Part shown: one piece after another, positions 1 to 13,329 of the stretch
Layout of the letters: the number at the start of each line of letters is the position of its first letter
Position numbering within the stretch: position 1 is the stretch's first letter
Assembly (NCBI GenBank): GCA_951406725.2
Contig: OX597818.1
Coordinates: forward strand, 42,532,001-42,596,000
Source of the DNA: Octopus vulgaris
Lineage: Eukaryota
Direction of reading: 5' to 3'
DNA: 64,000 nt
Notes under the pieces: generated by a model
Seen by the model: the letters and a program-made list of their open reading frames with translations, nothing else
The model's database searches: none
Told to the model about the DNA's origin: nothing
Program-made: the position numbers and the translations under genes

Positions 1-566
1 CTTTGCCTTCCATCCTTTCTGGGTCGATAAAGTAACATTAGGGGTCGATGTAATTGACTTACCTTCTCCCTCAAAATGGCTAGCTTTGTACCAAAATGTG
101 AAACCAATAATTTTATCATCAACTGGCAGAATCGTTACCATGCCAATTAAGAATAAGGTGCCGAGCTGCTTAGCAATGTTTCGTCTGCCGTTATGTTCTG
201 AGTTCAAATTCTGCTGAGGTCGACTTTGCCTTTCATCCTTTCAGGGTTGATAAATTAAGTACCAGTTATGCACTGGGGTTGATGTAATCGACTTAATCCC
301 TTTGTCTGTCCTTGTTTGTCCCCTTTATGTTTAGTCCCTTGTGGGCAATAAAGAAATAAGAATCATTACCGCGCCGGGTGAAAGGCTTAAGGGCATTTCA
401 TCCATCTTTAGGTTTTGCGCACTGAGTTCAAATTCTACCGAAGTCGACTTTACCTTTTATCCTTTCTGGGTCGATAAGATAAGTGCTGGTTGAATATTAG
501 GGTCAATGTAATTGACTCAGCCCATCCCCTTGAAATTGCTAGCTCTGTGCCAAAATTTGAGACCAA
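1..566 (+). mobile_element. Cluster of three SINE family A copies (tRNA-derived head, GCCTTTCATCCTTTCGGGGTCGATAA core)
   Basis: Core and B-box-like GAGTTCAAATTC motifs recur at ~1-108, 157-359 and 361-566; the same family recurs more than 10 times in the window. Confidence 0.85.
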
Positions 567-888
567 TAATTTATCACCCAAGAAAGCTTTATTGTTTACA
601 CATGTTACTAGGGAAGGAGGTAGGCAGGTTCACATATGTTACCAGGGGAGGCGGTAGGCAGGTTCAGACGAACCCCTCACATCCTACAGTTCCATACAGT
701 TATAATTATTGCTGTCAATAAATTTTGTGATGCATGACTCTATAAGTAAGAAGCTCACTTTGCAACCTAGTGATTTTGGGTTCAGTTTCACTGTGATCTA
801 ACTTAAGCAAGTGTGTTTTACTATAAGACCCAGGCCAACCAATGACTTGCAACCAAATTTTGTTGATGGAAACTATATGAAAGCATGG

Positions 889-1210
<322 letters not shown>

Positions 1211-1230
1211 ACACACACACATACATATGC

Positions 1231-1396
1231 AGGCACAGGAGTGTCTGTGTTGTAAGTAGCTTGCTTACCAACCACATGGTTCCAGGTTCAGTTCCACTGC
1301 ATGGCATCTTGCACAAGTGTCTTCTACTATGGCCTTGGGCCAACCAAAGCTTTGTCAGTGGATTTGGTAGACAGAAACTGAAAGAAGCCTGTCGTA
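1231..1396 (+). mobile_element. SINE family B, 5' half
   Basis: GGCACAGGAGTG...GGTTCAGTTCCACTG...GAAACTGAAAGAAGCC matches full copies such as 57573-57985. Confidence 0.85.
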
Positions 1397-1702
1397 CATA
1401 TATATATGCAACCAGTTATTAAAAAGATCATTAGTTGAAAGGACCAATGAAACAAAACCATTTTCAAATATGTAGCTAACAAAGTAATTGTATTTCTGCT
1501 TATAACTTTATCTTGTTCCATTCTAAACAAAACTGTCTGACAAATGGGAATGTAAAACTCTGAGTAACAGTTTTTGTGATATTTTTGCTGCTTTTTAATA
1601 AAGCATATTACTCTACCTCTGGTATTCAAATACTATTTTTTCAACCTTGTTTCACATTTATGTGCTTACACTGGTGTACACACACACACACACACACACA
1701 TA

Positions 1703-2217
1703 TCATCATCATCATCATCATTTAGCGTCCGCTTTCCATGCTAGCATGGGTTGTACGGTTCAACTGGGGTCTGTGAAGCCAGAAGGCTGCATCAGGCCCA
1801 GTCTGATCTGGCAGTGTTTCTACGGCTGGATGCCCTTCCTAACGCCAACCACTCTGTGAGTGTAGTGGGTGCTTTCTACGTGCCACCCGCACAGGTGCCA
1901 GACGGAGCTGGCAAACGGCCACGGACGGATGGTGCTTTTTACATGCCACCAGCACGGGGGCCATGCGAGGCTGGCAACGGCCACGATCGGATGGTGCTTT
2001 TTACGTGCCATATATATATCATCATCATCATCATCATCGTCGTTTAACGTCCGTTCTCCATGCTAGCATGGGTTGGACGGTTCGACCGGGGATCTGGGAA
2101 GCCAGAAGGCTGCACCAGGCTCCAGTCTTATCTGGCAATGTTTCTACAGCTGGATGCCCTTCCTAACGCCAACCACTCCGTGAGTGTAGTGGGTGCTTTT
2201 TACGTGCCACCTGCACA
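1703..2217 (-). mobile_element. Two tandem RTE-LINE 3' UTR fragments with (GAT)n tails
   Basis: Reverse complement of the 3' end of the RTE at 49680-49870; (CAT)n at 1703 and 2018. Confidence 0.9.
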
Positions 2218-2611
2218 GAAGTACGTATGTATGTATGTATGTATGTATGTATGTGTGTGTGTGTGTGTGTGTACATGTCCTTGTCCCACCATCACTTGAC
2301 AACCAGTGCTGGTGTGTTTACAAAACATGGCAAAAGAGACCGATAGAATAAGCACTAAACTTTAAAAATTGTTCAACTAAAAATCCTTCAAAGTGGTGCC
2401 TCAGCATGGCCACAATGAAATGACTAAAACAAATAGAGGATAAAAACAAAAGATAAGAGAAAGAAAATAATGGAAGAGTTCGAAGAATTTGTAGTTATCG
2501 GCAAACCACCACCTGAGATGTTATAGGATTGTTAAACAATCTATATAAGTTAATACAGTGTCTTTATCTCTGTTTTCTTTCATTGTCCTCACCTTGCCTA
2601 TTTTAATTTAA

Positions 2612-2832
2612 CCCTTTAGCATTTAATCCGGCCATATCCAGCCCAAATAATCCATCTGTTTTATGTTAAAACTATCTGGATCCAACCTCTCACACCTACC
2701 CTACAATGTCATTTTAAAAATATATAGCCACACCATTTAAATTTTGAAGCTGCAAAATAATATGTGATTAATTCAAAAACAGTATGGATAAATAAGCAAT
2801 AAATTTCACAAAGAAATCTGAATGCTAAAGGG
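2612..2832. mobile_element. piggyBac-like MITE
   Basis: TTAA|CCCTTTAGCATT ... AATGCTAAAGGG|TTAA terminal inverted repeats with TTAA duplication. Confidence 0.85.
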
Positions 2833-3191
2833 TTAAATCCTCAAATGTTTAGTAAAATCATAACACTCTTTTATTTTGTGTCTTATAGATTAGATGTCTA
2901 ATGATGAATCTGCTTTAATACATTGAGAACATCTTCGATTGAAATAATAGCTGTATCCACGGCATTGATGAGCAATTTGAATAAATTATTATCGATCTTG
3001 CAGGATACAGCTGTCACATTCTAAATATGAAGATATCGAACTATATAAATTGTTTAAACAATAACAAGTACATACATGTTTACAAAGCTTGATTTTTGGT
3101 TTTCTTTTATCTTCCATTGATTTCCATATTGATTTACTAAAACAAATTGTCAAAAAGCATTTTCCGTCGGTCAGTAATAATTATAATAATA

Positions 3192-3406
3192 AGGGTTTCA
3201 AATTTTGCCACAAGGGCAGTCATTTTGGGAGAGGAGATGAAGTGATTACATCAACTCCAATATTCAACTTGTACTTGCTTTATCGACACCAAAAGAATGA
3301 AAGGCAAAGTCGACTTCGGCAGAATTTGAACTCAGAACGTAAAGACAGATGAAATACTGCTAAGCATTTCGCCTGACATGCTAACGTTTCTGCCAGCTTG
3401 TCGCCC
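3192..3406 (-). mobile_element. SINE family A
   Basis: Reverse complement of family A head, core and GGCCTTGTGCCAAAATTTGAAACC-type tail. Confidence 0.85.
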
Positions 3407-3429
3407 TGATGGGAAATCTTTTAACTACA

Positions 3430-3995
3430 AAAAAAAAAAACACAATCGCTCTGACTTTTAGGGTAAATGGCCTCTCCTCTTCATCTACTCTCGATCTAGA
3501 GGCACATGCTTAGAACAGTCCCATTCACTTAAGCCATTCGCACTACATTCACCCACCATTTGGCAGCACTTCCCTCTCTACCCTCACTTTTCTATTCAAG
3601 TAAAGCCTGAAAAGGTTGATGGGAGTTTGGCCAAAGAGGAAACTGTCTATCTTCAACCCTCTCAATCTGGTCTACTACACAACCTCTTTCGCTAAGGCCA
3701 CCAGACAAAGAAACACTGCATACCCCCTTCCTGGCCAAGGGAAGGCAGAGGGGTAATCTTCATGATGGACTCAGACAATAGTCAAATCCATCCTATACAC
3801 GACAGTAGGTGTTCGACATAAACCCACAAGTCATCAATGTGTGGGCATTGGACAAGGGTGTACTGAACAGCTTCGTCACTCTGCGCACATCCCAGACAAG
3901 TCCGGTTGACAGCACTTCCATGTCTGTAAAGTTTATCCCGAACCGCAATGCCACCCACAACCTCGGGAGCACTGCCACGCCAAGGATTTCTGGAA
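3430..3995 (-). mobile_element. Degenerate Tx1/L1-like LINE ORF2 C-terminus (zf-RVT region)
   Basis: Manual minus-strand translation gives FQKSLAWQC...VRDKLYRHGSAVNRTCLGCAQSDEAVQYTLVQCPHIDDLW, with stops and frameshifts. Confidence 0.7.
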
Positions 3996-4499
3996 GCACA
4001 AGGCGTGAAATTTTTGAGGAGGAGACTAGTCCATTACATTGACCCCAGTACTCAACTGGTACTTATTTTATCGACCTCGAAAGGATGAAAGGCAAAGTCG
4101 ACCTTGGCAGAATTTGAACTCAGAATGTAAAGACGGACAAAATGCTGAATAATGGTTTCAAAGTTTGGCAAAAGGCCATCAATTTCATGGTAGTGGGTAA
4201 ATCGATTACAGACATTTCCTTGAATATCAAAATCATTACCCCCTGCTCTAAACTGAGTAGATTTTTTTAAATATCTTTATAGGCAAAGGCATAGCAATGT
4301 GATTGACAAGCTCTCTTTCCAGCCATGGGGTTTTGAACTTAGTACCAATGCACATGACCATGAGCAAGTGTCTTCCACTACAGTCCTAAGCCGATCAATG
4401 TCTTGAGAGTGAATTTCGTAGACAGAAACTGTAGAGACCCTTAAAACAACCCTTATCCAGGGACCTTTGGAGTGAAAGGTTTTAACATCTATAGAATAC

Positions 4500-5232
4500 A
4501 AATCAAGACATGACAGAGTTGGCTAATATCTATATTAGCCTTATAAAATCAAAACTGCTGACAAATGGTACAAACATCTACCTGAGGCTGTAACTGAGGG
4601 AGAATATGTAACTATTCTTTGGGACTTCCCAGTATATACAGATCAGACTGTCAAAGCAAATAAACCAGATATTGTTGTGAAAGACAAAAGCAATAAATCC
4701 TGTTTATTGTTTGACATGAGCATACCCTGTGACCATAATATCTCAGCAAAAGAATTTGATAAGCTCATAAAATATAAAGATCTGCTAATCGAAATCAAAA
4801 AGATGTGGCATCTGAAGACGGTTACATTACCGGTGATTGTAGAAGCACTTGGAATGATCAAAAAAGAAACTGAAAATTATTTAAGAATGATCCCTGTCTT
4901 ACCATCCATGCAGGAAGTGCAAAAGGTTGTCTTAACTGGTACGTCACACGTATTGAGAAGAGCATTGTCGCTGTAAATTTTCTTTCCTTCCCCACCCCCT
5001 GTATTTTTGCCTACTTTTCTATTTTTTATTTTTTTCCTTTTTCTCCTTGTCTTCCCATTTTTCTCTGTCACATGACTCTGTATATGAACGATCTGATGTG
5101 CTTGTTTTAATGGCCTACCAATGTATACAGTACGTTTCTCTGCCCTAGGTGTCAGGAAGACACTCAGCAAGAAATGGAAACAGAATTAAAAGATGTTAAT
5201 GAGGGTGATAATAATAGTAATAATAATAATGA
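4500..5232 (+). mobile_element. R4/Dong-like non-LTR retrotransposon 3' end, restriction-like endonuclease domain
   Basis: RHD...ILWDFPVYTDQTVKANKPDIVVKDK...LFDMSIP...KLIKYKDL...PVIVEALG...VLRRAL (ORF 4677-4976); ends in a (TAA)n-like tract. Confidence 0.85.
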
Positions 5233-5504
5233 TTTCATTTATTTTCCACCAGAACAAATGACAAAAGACATTACAGTGGCAGACACAAAGTGTGTGGATT
5301 TACATATAATGAAATGATAAAATAATTTTAGAAAAAGGGATGGGTAACTATACATGGTATACAATGAAAAGGAAGGGAAATATACATGGTGGGTGAAAAG
5401 TAAGTAGGCATTAAAAATTGGTAATAAAATCCATATTCCTTTTACAAATTCATTGAAACAAATGATACATGTTCTTTATTACATGAGAAAATGAAAGTAA
5501 ATCT

Positions 5505-5735
5505 TCATATTTCAACGTAAGCACCGGTGGCATCAACCAGTTTCCTCAAATGGCGAGAGATGGAATGAACAACATTCTGAAGGTCGTCATCTGGGATATC
5601 ATTGAGAACCTCCGAAATCCATGTCTCCAAATCCTCCAGCGTGCAAGGTTTTTGTCTTGAACACCTTCTCTTTTGTGTAACCCCACAGGTAAAAATCACA
5701 TGGAGTGAGATCTGGACTTCTTGAAGGCCATTCTA
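5505..5735 (-). mobile_element. Tc1/mariner-superfamily transposase C-terminal relic
   Basis: WPSRSPDLTPCDFYLWGYTKEKVFKTKPCTLEDL...GAYVEI. Confidence 0.85.
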
Positions 5736-6167
5736 TATTCCATTCTGTGCACACAGTCTTCAGGTTTTAGCTCCTTCTCTAAAGATGGCCAGAGCATCAT
5801 CTTTGTATAAACCAAAGAGGCCTGCCAGGAACCTCTTCTTTAAGGTGCCTAGTTTATACAGCCTACACGATGCAAAACCAATAGTCACTCTGACCGAGCA
5901 TGACAATCAACTTTATGTGTGTGTGTGTGTGTGTGTTTTTGCTTTACATACTCCATTAATTCACTTTTCTCCGAAAGGAGAATGGTGAAGCAGTAGAGTA
6001 TATGTCTGTGTGTTGATACTTTTGTTTTTATTTTTCAGTGAGGAAAGAATGTCATGCCCATGATCCTTAACAGGGCTTTCAAGCCTGGTGGGAGGGAAGA
6101 AAGGAGGGAGTTATCCTCAAACCAGGACACCTGGTCCGAATACTCAAAACAGAGTGGATACCACTAA

Positions 6168-6593
6168 CCCTTTTGCATTCAGATTATTCTGTCAGATGTA
6201 AGACTTGTCTATTCGTGTCATTTTGAATTTATCCTGCATTATCTTGTAGTCCTGAGATTTCCATGATGTGCTTATTTATGTTCAAAATCACATTAAAAGA
6301 TCTGCCCAGTTTGAACTTTAACCCTTTCGTTACCAGCCTGCCTGAAACTGGCTCTGGCTCTGAGTACAAATGTCTTGTTTTCATAAGTTTTGAATTAAAA
6401 TCTTCCACTAAACCTTAGTCACAATTTATGTTCCTAACACTAGCTTAATGATAACTAAGTTATTTTACTAAATTCTTTGTTATATTTAAAGTAATTGAAA
6501 GAAACACAGAGCATCTCGAAATAAATACAGTAATGAAAGGGTTAAACATGTAAAATATTTTGGCCAGATATGACCAGTTTAAATGCTAAAGGA
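6168..6593. mobile_element. piggyBac-like MITE (same family as 2612-2832) with a second TTAA MITE nested at 6322-6541
   Basis: Outer ends CCCTTTTGCATT / AATGCTAAAGGA; inner TTAA|CCCTTTCGTTAC ... GTAATGAAAGGG|TTAA. Confidence 0.8.
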
Positions 6594-6939
6594 TTAAAGA
6601 CACCCAACGTGCCAAGTAGTGGATTTAAACAAGACGTCAGATTAAATCTATCTTCGAGTAGGCCATGACAGGATTTGAACTCAGAATCGAAAGAGCCAAA
6701 ACAAATACTGCAAAGCATTCTATCCAACGCTCTAATGACTTTGTCAATCCACTGCCTTTATGTGTAGTATTGTTGTTGTAGTTACTGTTCACATTGGTTG
6801 TTATTTTTTTTGTTATTGTTGTTATTGATATGGTATATTTTTGTTTGTTTTGTTGTCCTGTTGTCCTTGCTATTCATTAAATTAGACAATGGTCTGTCAT
6901 GATCTAGTGTCCTTCACTTTCTTTTTATCATATAACTCT

Positions 6940-7414
6940 AGAAGTCAGAGGAGAAGGAGAAGGAGTAAGACAAAGAGGAAGCATGAAGAAGCAGTTGGAG
7001 GGAGCTGAGAAAAGCGGCGGGAGGAGGGAGAAGAGGGACAGGAGAAGGCGAGAAAGGAAGAGGCAATGGAGGGAAAGACAAGACAAAACATGAGGGGGAA
7101 GGAGAAAGAGATAGGGTGGGAGGCAGAGAAAGAAGAGGCAATGCAAGAGAAGGAAGGGAAGGAGCAGAGGAGAAAGAAACAGAGGAGGTGTGAGAATGCA
7201 GAAGAAGAGGAGGAAGAAAAGGAGGGAGAAGATGAGGTGGAGGAAGAAGCAGAAGAGGAAGAGGAGGAGACAGAAGCAGAAGAAACGGAAGAAGTAGAAG
7301 AAAAAGAGAAGGCAGAAGAAGAAGAAGAAGAAGAAGATGAAGATGAAGAAGAAGAAGAAGAAGAAGAAGAAGAAGAAGAAAAAGAAGAAGAAGGAGGAGG
7401 AGGAGGAGGAGGAG
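6940..7414. repeat. Purine-rich GA/GAA/GGA low-complexity tract
   Basis: (GAA)n and (GGA)n runs; source of the poly-E and poly-L ORFs. Confidence 0.9.
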
Positions 7415-7692
7415 CTTACTTAATACTATATAAAGTTTTTTGAACACAAATTTGGCAGTTAGTAATAAATCAAAGCCCATGAAATAAGATCACAATTGCA
7501 GTAGCCATTAGGGATCCTTCATCTTACATGAAGCATTTTGTATCATGTAATTTTACTCAGAATGCCTGGCACAACTGCATTGAAGCTTTTTTTCAATGAA
7601 AGTCAGCATGGCATGTACAAGAATAAATGTCAGAGCGTGCTTATGAGTGAACAGGGTACATGAAGTAAGAAGGATCATTGAAGGTAATGTAT

Positions 7693-8107
7693 TACTCTTT
7701 TACTCTTTTACTTGTTTCAGTCATTTGAATGTGGCCATGCTGGAGCACCACCTTTAGTCGAGCAAATCGACCCCAGGACTTATTCTTTGTAAGCCCAGTA
7801 CTTATTCTATCGGTCTCTTTTGCCGAACTGCTAAGTGACGGGGACGTAAACACACCAGCATCGGTTGTCAAGCAATGCTAGGGGGACAAACACAGACACA
7901 CAAACATACACACATACACACACACACATATATATACATATATACGACGGGCTTCTTTCAGTTTCCGTCTACCAAATCCACTCACAAGGCTTTGGTCGGC
8001 CCGAGGCTATAGTAGAAGACACTTGCCCAAGATGCCACACAGTGAGACTGAACCGGGAACCATTTGGTTGGTAAGCAAGCTACTTACCACACAGCCACTT
8101 CTGCGCC
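7693..8107 (-). mobile_element. SINE family B, full length
   Basis: Head, CCTTGGGCAAGTG-type core, internal (TA)(TG) tract and GGTGCTCCAGCATGGCC...GAAACAAGTAAAAGAG tail. Confidence 0.92.
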
Positions 8108-8224
8108 TATTGTTGACAGAAATCATGGAAATTAAGTAAAATATCAATGAAATGCTTGTAGGAAGTCTGATTGCTAACAGCTACAGTTTGACATAGATGG
8201 GAAGATTGCAGTAGAGGAGTAACT

Positions 8225-8495
8225 GTAGTAACTTTGTAGATGACATTTTTTATTCTTCCTTCAGAGGCAAAGTTGAATAAGTTGTTTGAATGGCCAACTC
8301 TGGAACAACTGATGTAGAACTTACCATGTGAAAAGTATGATGTTTGAAGGTCCAATCTGACAATTTTCAGTGATTGACCTTGTGCTTTGTTAATTGTCAT
8401 AGTGAAGCTGAGTTTGAGAGGGATCTGAAGTCTCTGCATACAGCAGGGGCAGTCTGTTGGGGTTAGCAAAATTTTGATTTTAAGGGGGATCAAGA
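8225..8495 (-). mobile_element. Helitron PIF1-like helicase C-terminal fragment
   Basis: RLQIPLKLSFTMTINKAQGQSLKIVRLDLQTSYFSHGKFYISCSRV matches PIF1-family motifs V/VI (TINKSQGQS...FSHGQLYVALSRV). Confidence 0.88.
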
Positions 8496-8592
8496 AAAGA
8501 GCCTGTGCACACACATATGTGCACACACATATGTGCACACACGCGCATGTATGCATACATCTTCTATTTTATTATATATATATATATGTATG

Positions 8593-8680
<88 letters not shown>

Positions 8681-9830
8681 TAATCTCTAATCATTAAAGT
8701 TTAACTACTACATCAGTAGTCTTAAATATTCATCTGTTTGTGATTAATGGACTAAATAGGCTATAACAAGGATGAAGATTGTTTTTCTCTCCTTTGTAAG
8801 GATTTAAACCCCAACCGCAAAATATTCAGCTAGGGATCACGGGCAAGTCACCACAGTTTAACATGATTTATCGACCAATCAGCATGAAACTGTGACGTGA
8901 TGTGACTTCTCGGATAATCTAAAATTCATCCCATTTTTACCCTATAAAAACTGATTGGCACCTATCAGCTGGCCACCTCGAACACTCAGACAGACGTCCT
9001 CTGGTACTCAGGCTGACATATTCAAGCAAAAGACAACTTCAGACACTCATGATGTACCATGGTATTAACGACTGTGTAAGACCCATTTATGCCCATTTGG
9101 CAGAAAGAAACCGTAGGTCATACGCCAAAAACTACAATATATATATGCATACATGACAGTGATTTCCGGTTATTTTGGGGTATGTTTGAATTATCTATTT
9201 TGTTTAAGACAACAGTATGCGTTATGATGGACATTTATTGAATCCTCCTGATGAGTATTTCATTATTTTGCTGGGTGTAACTAGATGTGAAGTTGGATCT
9301 CACAGGTTGTAAACTGAAATCAAGGGACCTAAGTATTGATCATCAGATGCCTTGAACAACCATGTGTACAGATTAGATTCTGTGACAGCAAATAGATCGA
9401 CCACAAAAATAAAGATGATACAATAACCATTACCTGTCAGCTTTAAAATGACAACATGAAAAGCTAACATCGTCATAATAACCATAACGATAAATATCAA
9501 GACTACTATATGTGAGCTCTCAACCTCGATATACAGTTTATTTACTTCTTTTTGAAACCAGAGACAACTGGCTCCATGGCACAAAATCAATAAAGCCTCA
9601 ATATTGATTATAATCATCACAATGATGATTATAATATTTATATATTACGATTCGTAGGAGCTGTTGCATCAACATACAGCAGTTAAATCAAATACATATG
9701 AGTTTTTATATTCATAGTATCTCTTACATCATATACAGCAGTTTAATCGAATACAAATGAATGTTTATAACACTAGCACGATTTAACAAACAATGTTTAT
9801 CACCAGCTGATCCCTAGTATGACCTTGGCT

Positions 9831-9994
9831 GAGTGGCTGTGTGGTAAGTAGCTTGTTTACCAACCACATTGTTCCGGGTTCAGTCCCACTGCGTTGCACC
9901 TTGGGCAAGTGTCTCCTACTATAGCCTCGGGCCGACCAAAGCCTTGTGAGTAGATTTGGTAGACGGAAACTGAAAGAAGCCTGTCGTATATATG

Positions 9995-10028
<34 letters not shown>

Positions 10029-10243
10029 CGTGTATGTTTGTGTGTCTGTGTTTGTCCCCCTAGCATTGCTTGACAACCGATGCTGGTGTGTCTATGTCCC
10101 CGTCACTTAGCGGTTCAGCAAAAGAGACCGATAGAATAAGTACTGGACTTACAAGGAATAAGTCCCGGGGTCGAGTTGCTCGATTTAAGGCGGTGCTCCA
10201 GCATGGCCGCAATCAAATGACTGAAACAAGTAAAAGATTAAAA
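9831..10243 (+). mobile_element. SINE family B, full length
   Basis: Near-identical to other family B copies. Confidence 0.92.
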
Positions 10244-10924
10244 GATATATATAGAATATATGTTTGAAAACAATAAAATGAGATAAAGAGAATAAATAAC
10301 TATAGTATAGGGAACTGTAATATGAGGAACAAAGTGTAATTCATCTACCTTTCAGTGTCAACTGTCCAGCTGGGGTAAATCTGAGACGTGCTCTACCCGT
10401 CTGACCTATCGCTAGAACCTGCCACTAATCTCTTTTCTAGCTCGCATGTCTACACACATCCGTTCACTCCGGCTGCCTGGAGCCAAAGAGAGCTACGCTG
10501 GTCCTACTTCCACCAAATTCCTCACTCACTCTTCCTCTTCTGGTAGGGTTCCTTAGCCATTGACATCACTGACCCTTTCCTTTCGGTTCACTTCATCCCC
10601 ACACGCTCCCCTGACCTCCTCATTTCATTCCACTTTGAAATCTGCCTATAGTAGAAAGTATTATTATTATCATTATTATATGAAAACTCAGCTTATTTTG
10701 CTGGGTATAACAGAAAGTGTCAGCTGTCCACAGCCAGCAGATTAAGCTGACACTTATTTACTGGTCATGCTTCAAGAACCCTGTGAAGAATTCTTGCAGT
10801 ACCAAGCAGTGCTGTTTTTTGTAGGTGTTCTACTTTTACATTTGTACCGATCTTTTTGAACCATGTTGGTAGTTGAGTGCTGATACTTCCAAGTGCACCA
10901 ATTACAATTGGTACCACATCTACT

Positions 10925-11076
10925 CAGTAGCATAGCACTTCCATTTGCCGCCCCTGGACCCCACAAAAACCCTTGTCTTCAGCAATAGCCTACAACAGGA
11001 TGAAAAGTGCCACCCCCTTCAAAAGTGCCACCTAGGGTGGACCGCCCCTACCGCCCCACCTCTAGCTATGCTAGTG
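10925..11076. mobile_element. hAT-type MITE
   Basis: TIRs CAGTAGCATAGC / GCTATGCTAGTG with 8-bp TSD CATCTACT / CATCTATT; the R4 reading frame rejoins across it. Confidence 0.85.
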
Positions 11077-11196
11077 CATCTATTCTCCTCATTGACCACA
11101 ACCCCCATATTTCCCATTTCAAATCGTTGTAGTTGTTCATTTTTTTCCTTCTTTCTCTTTGATTCTGTTGTTACCTGGTCACAAAATATTTTTCCC

Positions 11197-12002
11197 ACGA
11201 GAGTTCCAGATCTCAGAAATGAACTCATTTGCATACAGCCAATCAGAACTCACCTTGACCTTGTTGTCATAACATTCATGAAAGTGTTAAACACAATCAA
11301 TCTCTTGGTAAAACACACTATACCAAATAAACTCAAGATGAAAACGGTGTTGTAAGTCGACTGATCGCCAAGTTATGCCTGATTTTAGAAGGAGACAAGT
11401 AATTAGATAGATTTGCATCTATACCTATTATCGGATTTTGTTAGGGCCCCATGTGGTAAAGATGTGGATGGGAAAAATGTGGGTAAAGGGTGATGTGCTA
11501 GCAACCCTCTCCCCTTACTTTTTACAAAATAAACAACAACACAAATAACTACGCAGAGGTGGCCATAGTTGAAACAAGAACAAGAACAATAAGCAATATT
11601 AAAAGGGAAAAGAAGCATGGTAATTCCTTACCCAAGTGATCTTATCTTATCTCCCATCACTTGTTATGCGCTCATGAATTAGTTTGATAGGGCGGCGAGT
11701 TGGCAGAATCGTTAGCATGCCGGGCGAAATGCGAAATGCGTAGCCGTATTTCGTCTGCCGTTACGTTCTGAATTCAAATTCCGCTGAGGTCGACTTTGCC
11801 TTTCATCCTTTCGGGGTCGATTAAATAAGTACCAGTTACGCACTGGGGTCGATATAATCGACTTAATCCGTTTGTCTGTCCTTGTTTGTCCCCTCTATGT
11901 TTAGCCCCTTGTGGGCAATAAAGAAATAATAAATTAGTTTGATAGTTGAACTCTGATTGGCTGTATGCAAATGAGTTCATAACTGGGGTCCGGAACTCTC
12001 GT
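11197..12002. mobile_element. Unclassified non-autonomous TIR element (~55 bp TIRs)
   Basis: ACGAGAGTTCC...ATGAACTCATTTGCATACAGCCAATCAGA is inverted at ~11949-12002. Confidence 0.75.
11691..11929 (+). mobile_element. SINE family A, full length, with 14-bp TSD
   Basis: AATTAGTTTGATAG is duplicated on both sides. Confidence 0.92.
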
Positions 12003-12318
12003 TAGCCTTTCCTGTGCTTGTTTCCAGTACATCTAATTCTGGGATTTGTATTTAGAATTCACTTAGATATTTTTTGCTTGTTTTGTTACTGAGTATGATG
12101 TTTTCTTGTTTTCATGCTTTAAGACAAGTTTTAACAACCAGTCATCAGAATTTTTCAGATAGGTGTTTGGGCCAACTGTGGCAATCTTCATTGTTAATTT
12201 CAGTTGTAAAAGTCCACGGCCACCCTCTTTCTTGGCAGGTAAGCGTTCTATATCTGTCTTAGGGTGGTGCATTCTATGTATTGTCAACAATTTTCAGATT
12301 TTTTGTTAAGGTTACAGA

Positions 12319-12351
<33 letters not shown>

Positions 12352-12910
12352 CATCATTATTGAGTGAGAGAGCAGTGCATGCCATCAAAGTGATACTGGG
12401 GTAAAATATATGAAGCCCAGCATACCCATCATGACTACCCGCCTGATAGAGGTACACCAGGCACATGATTCACAACCATATATGTGCAACATAGTGATCT
12501 CATATCAAGATAAACAGCGCATGACCTTGCAGGTGGGGCCCAGTTAGATTTTCTTCTGGTCGAGTAGCCCACCCTGCTCAAATGGTCCCTGAACAAGGGT
12601 TGTTTAAGGATGTTGAACAAAACACCCATGTTTCCAAAGGTGAATTATCCAAACCCCAATGAATCCCTCTCAACACATGACTATGATGCTCCCCCACTAC
12701 ATATGCTCATGATTAGAGACACACACATCATCATCCACAAACGGACATGCTCAACTGGTTATGGTTATACAACTGACAAGCAAATCTGTGGTATTGAGCA
12801 GAATATTTGCTGTAGCCTATCTTTTATACCAAGACAAAACAATGTACATGATAACACTTCGAAACAGCTAAGGTGAGAAGCCATGAGAGCCACTGCCTGG
12901 CACTGCATTA

Positions 12911-12914
12911 TTGT

Positions 12915-13000
<86 letters not shown>

Positions 13001-13024
13001 TTGTTGTTGTTGTTGTTGTTGTTA
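12911..13024. repeat. (TTG)n microsatellite
   Basis: Direct inspection. Confidence 0.95.
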
Positions 13025-13329
13025 TTACTATTAATATATACTCCAGGTAGCTTTTACAGTCCAGTGCAGAGCACAATGGAATTACCCATTGGAAGAATTC
13101 ACGGAGCGACTAATATCTAATTGTAGACACAGATGTTGGATACTGATTGTTGTGATTAGCCGTCAACTGGAACTCAACTGAGAGCTAATACGGTATCCAC
13201 CCGGGTAATATATTGCCCCAAAACTCACTTTTATATATATATATATATATATATGTGTATATATATACATACAAGATGCACCTGTTGCGACCCGTTGTAA
13301 TACAACCACTCCAAGTTGAGAATGTCGAT

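Larger units (their letters stand above)
10660..12320 (-). mobile_element. Fragmented R4/Dong-like non-LTR retrotransposon interrupted by nested insertions
   Basis: 12320-12003 encodes HHPKTDIERL..KKEGGRGLLQL; 11196-10790 encodes YNDLKWEIWGLWSMRRID|VVPIVIGALG...LLGTARILHRVL; TAA-type tracts at both ends. Confidence 0.8.

Noticed and set aside
6938-7480. Poly-Glu and poly-Leu ORFs
   Set aside because: Products of a GAA/GGA simple repeat; no splice or domain evidence
7865-8074. Recurrent small ORFs ending QIHSQGFGRPEAIVEDTCPRCH as a gene family
   Set aside because: Antisense translation of SINE family B
9248-9300. CTGATGAG as a hammerhead core
   Set aside because: No downstream GAAA or pairing stems
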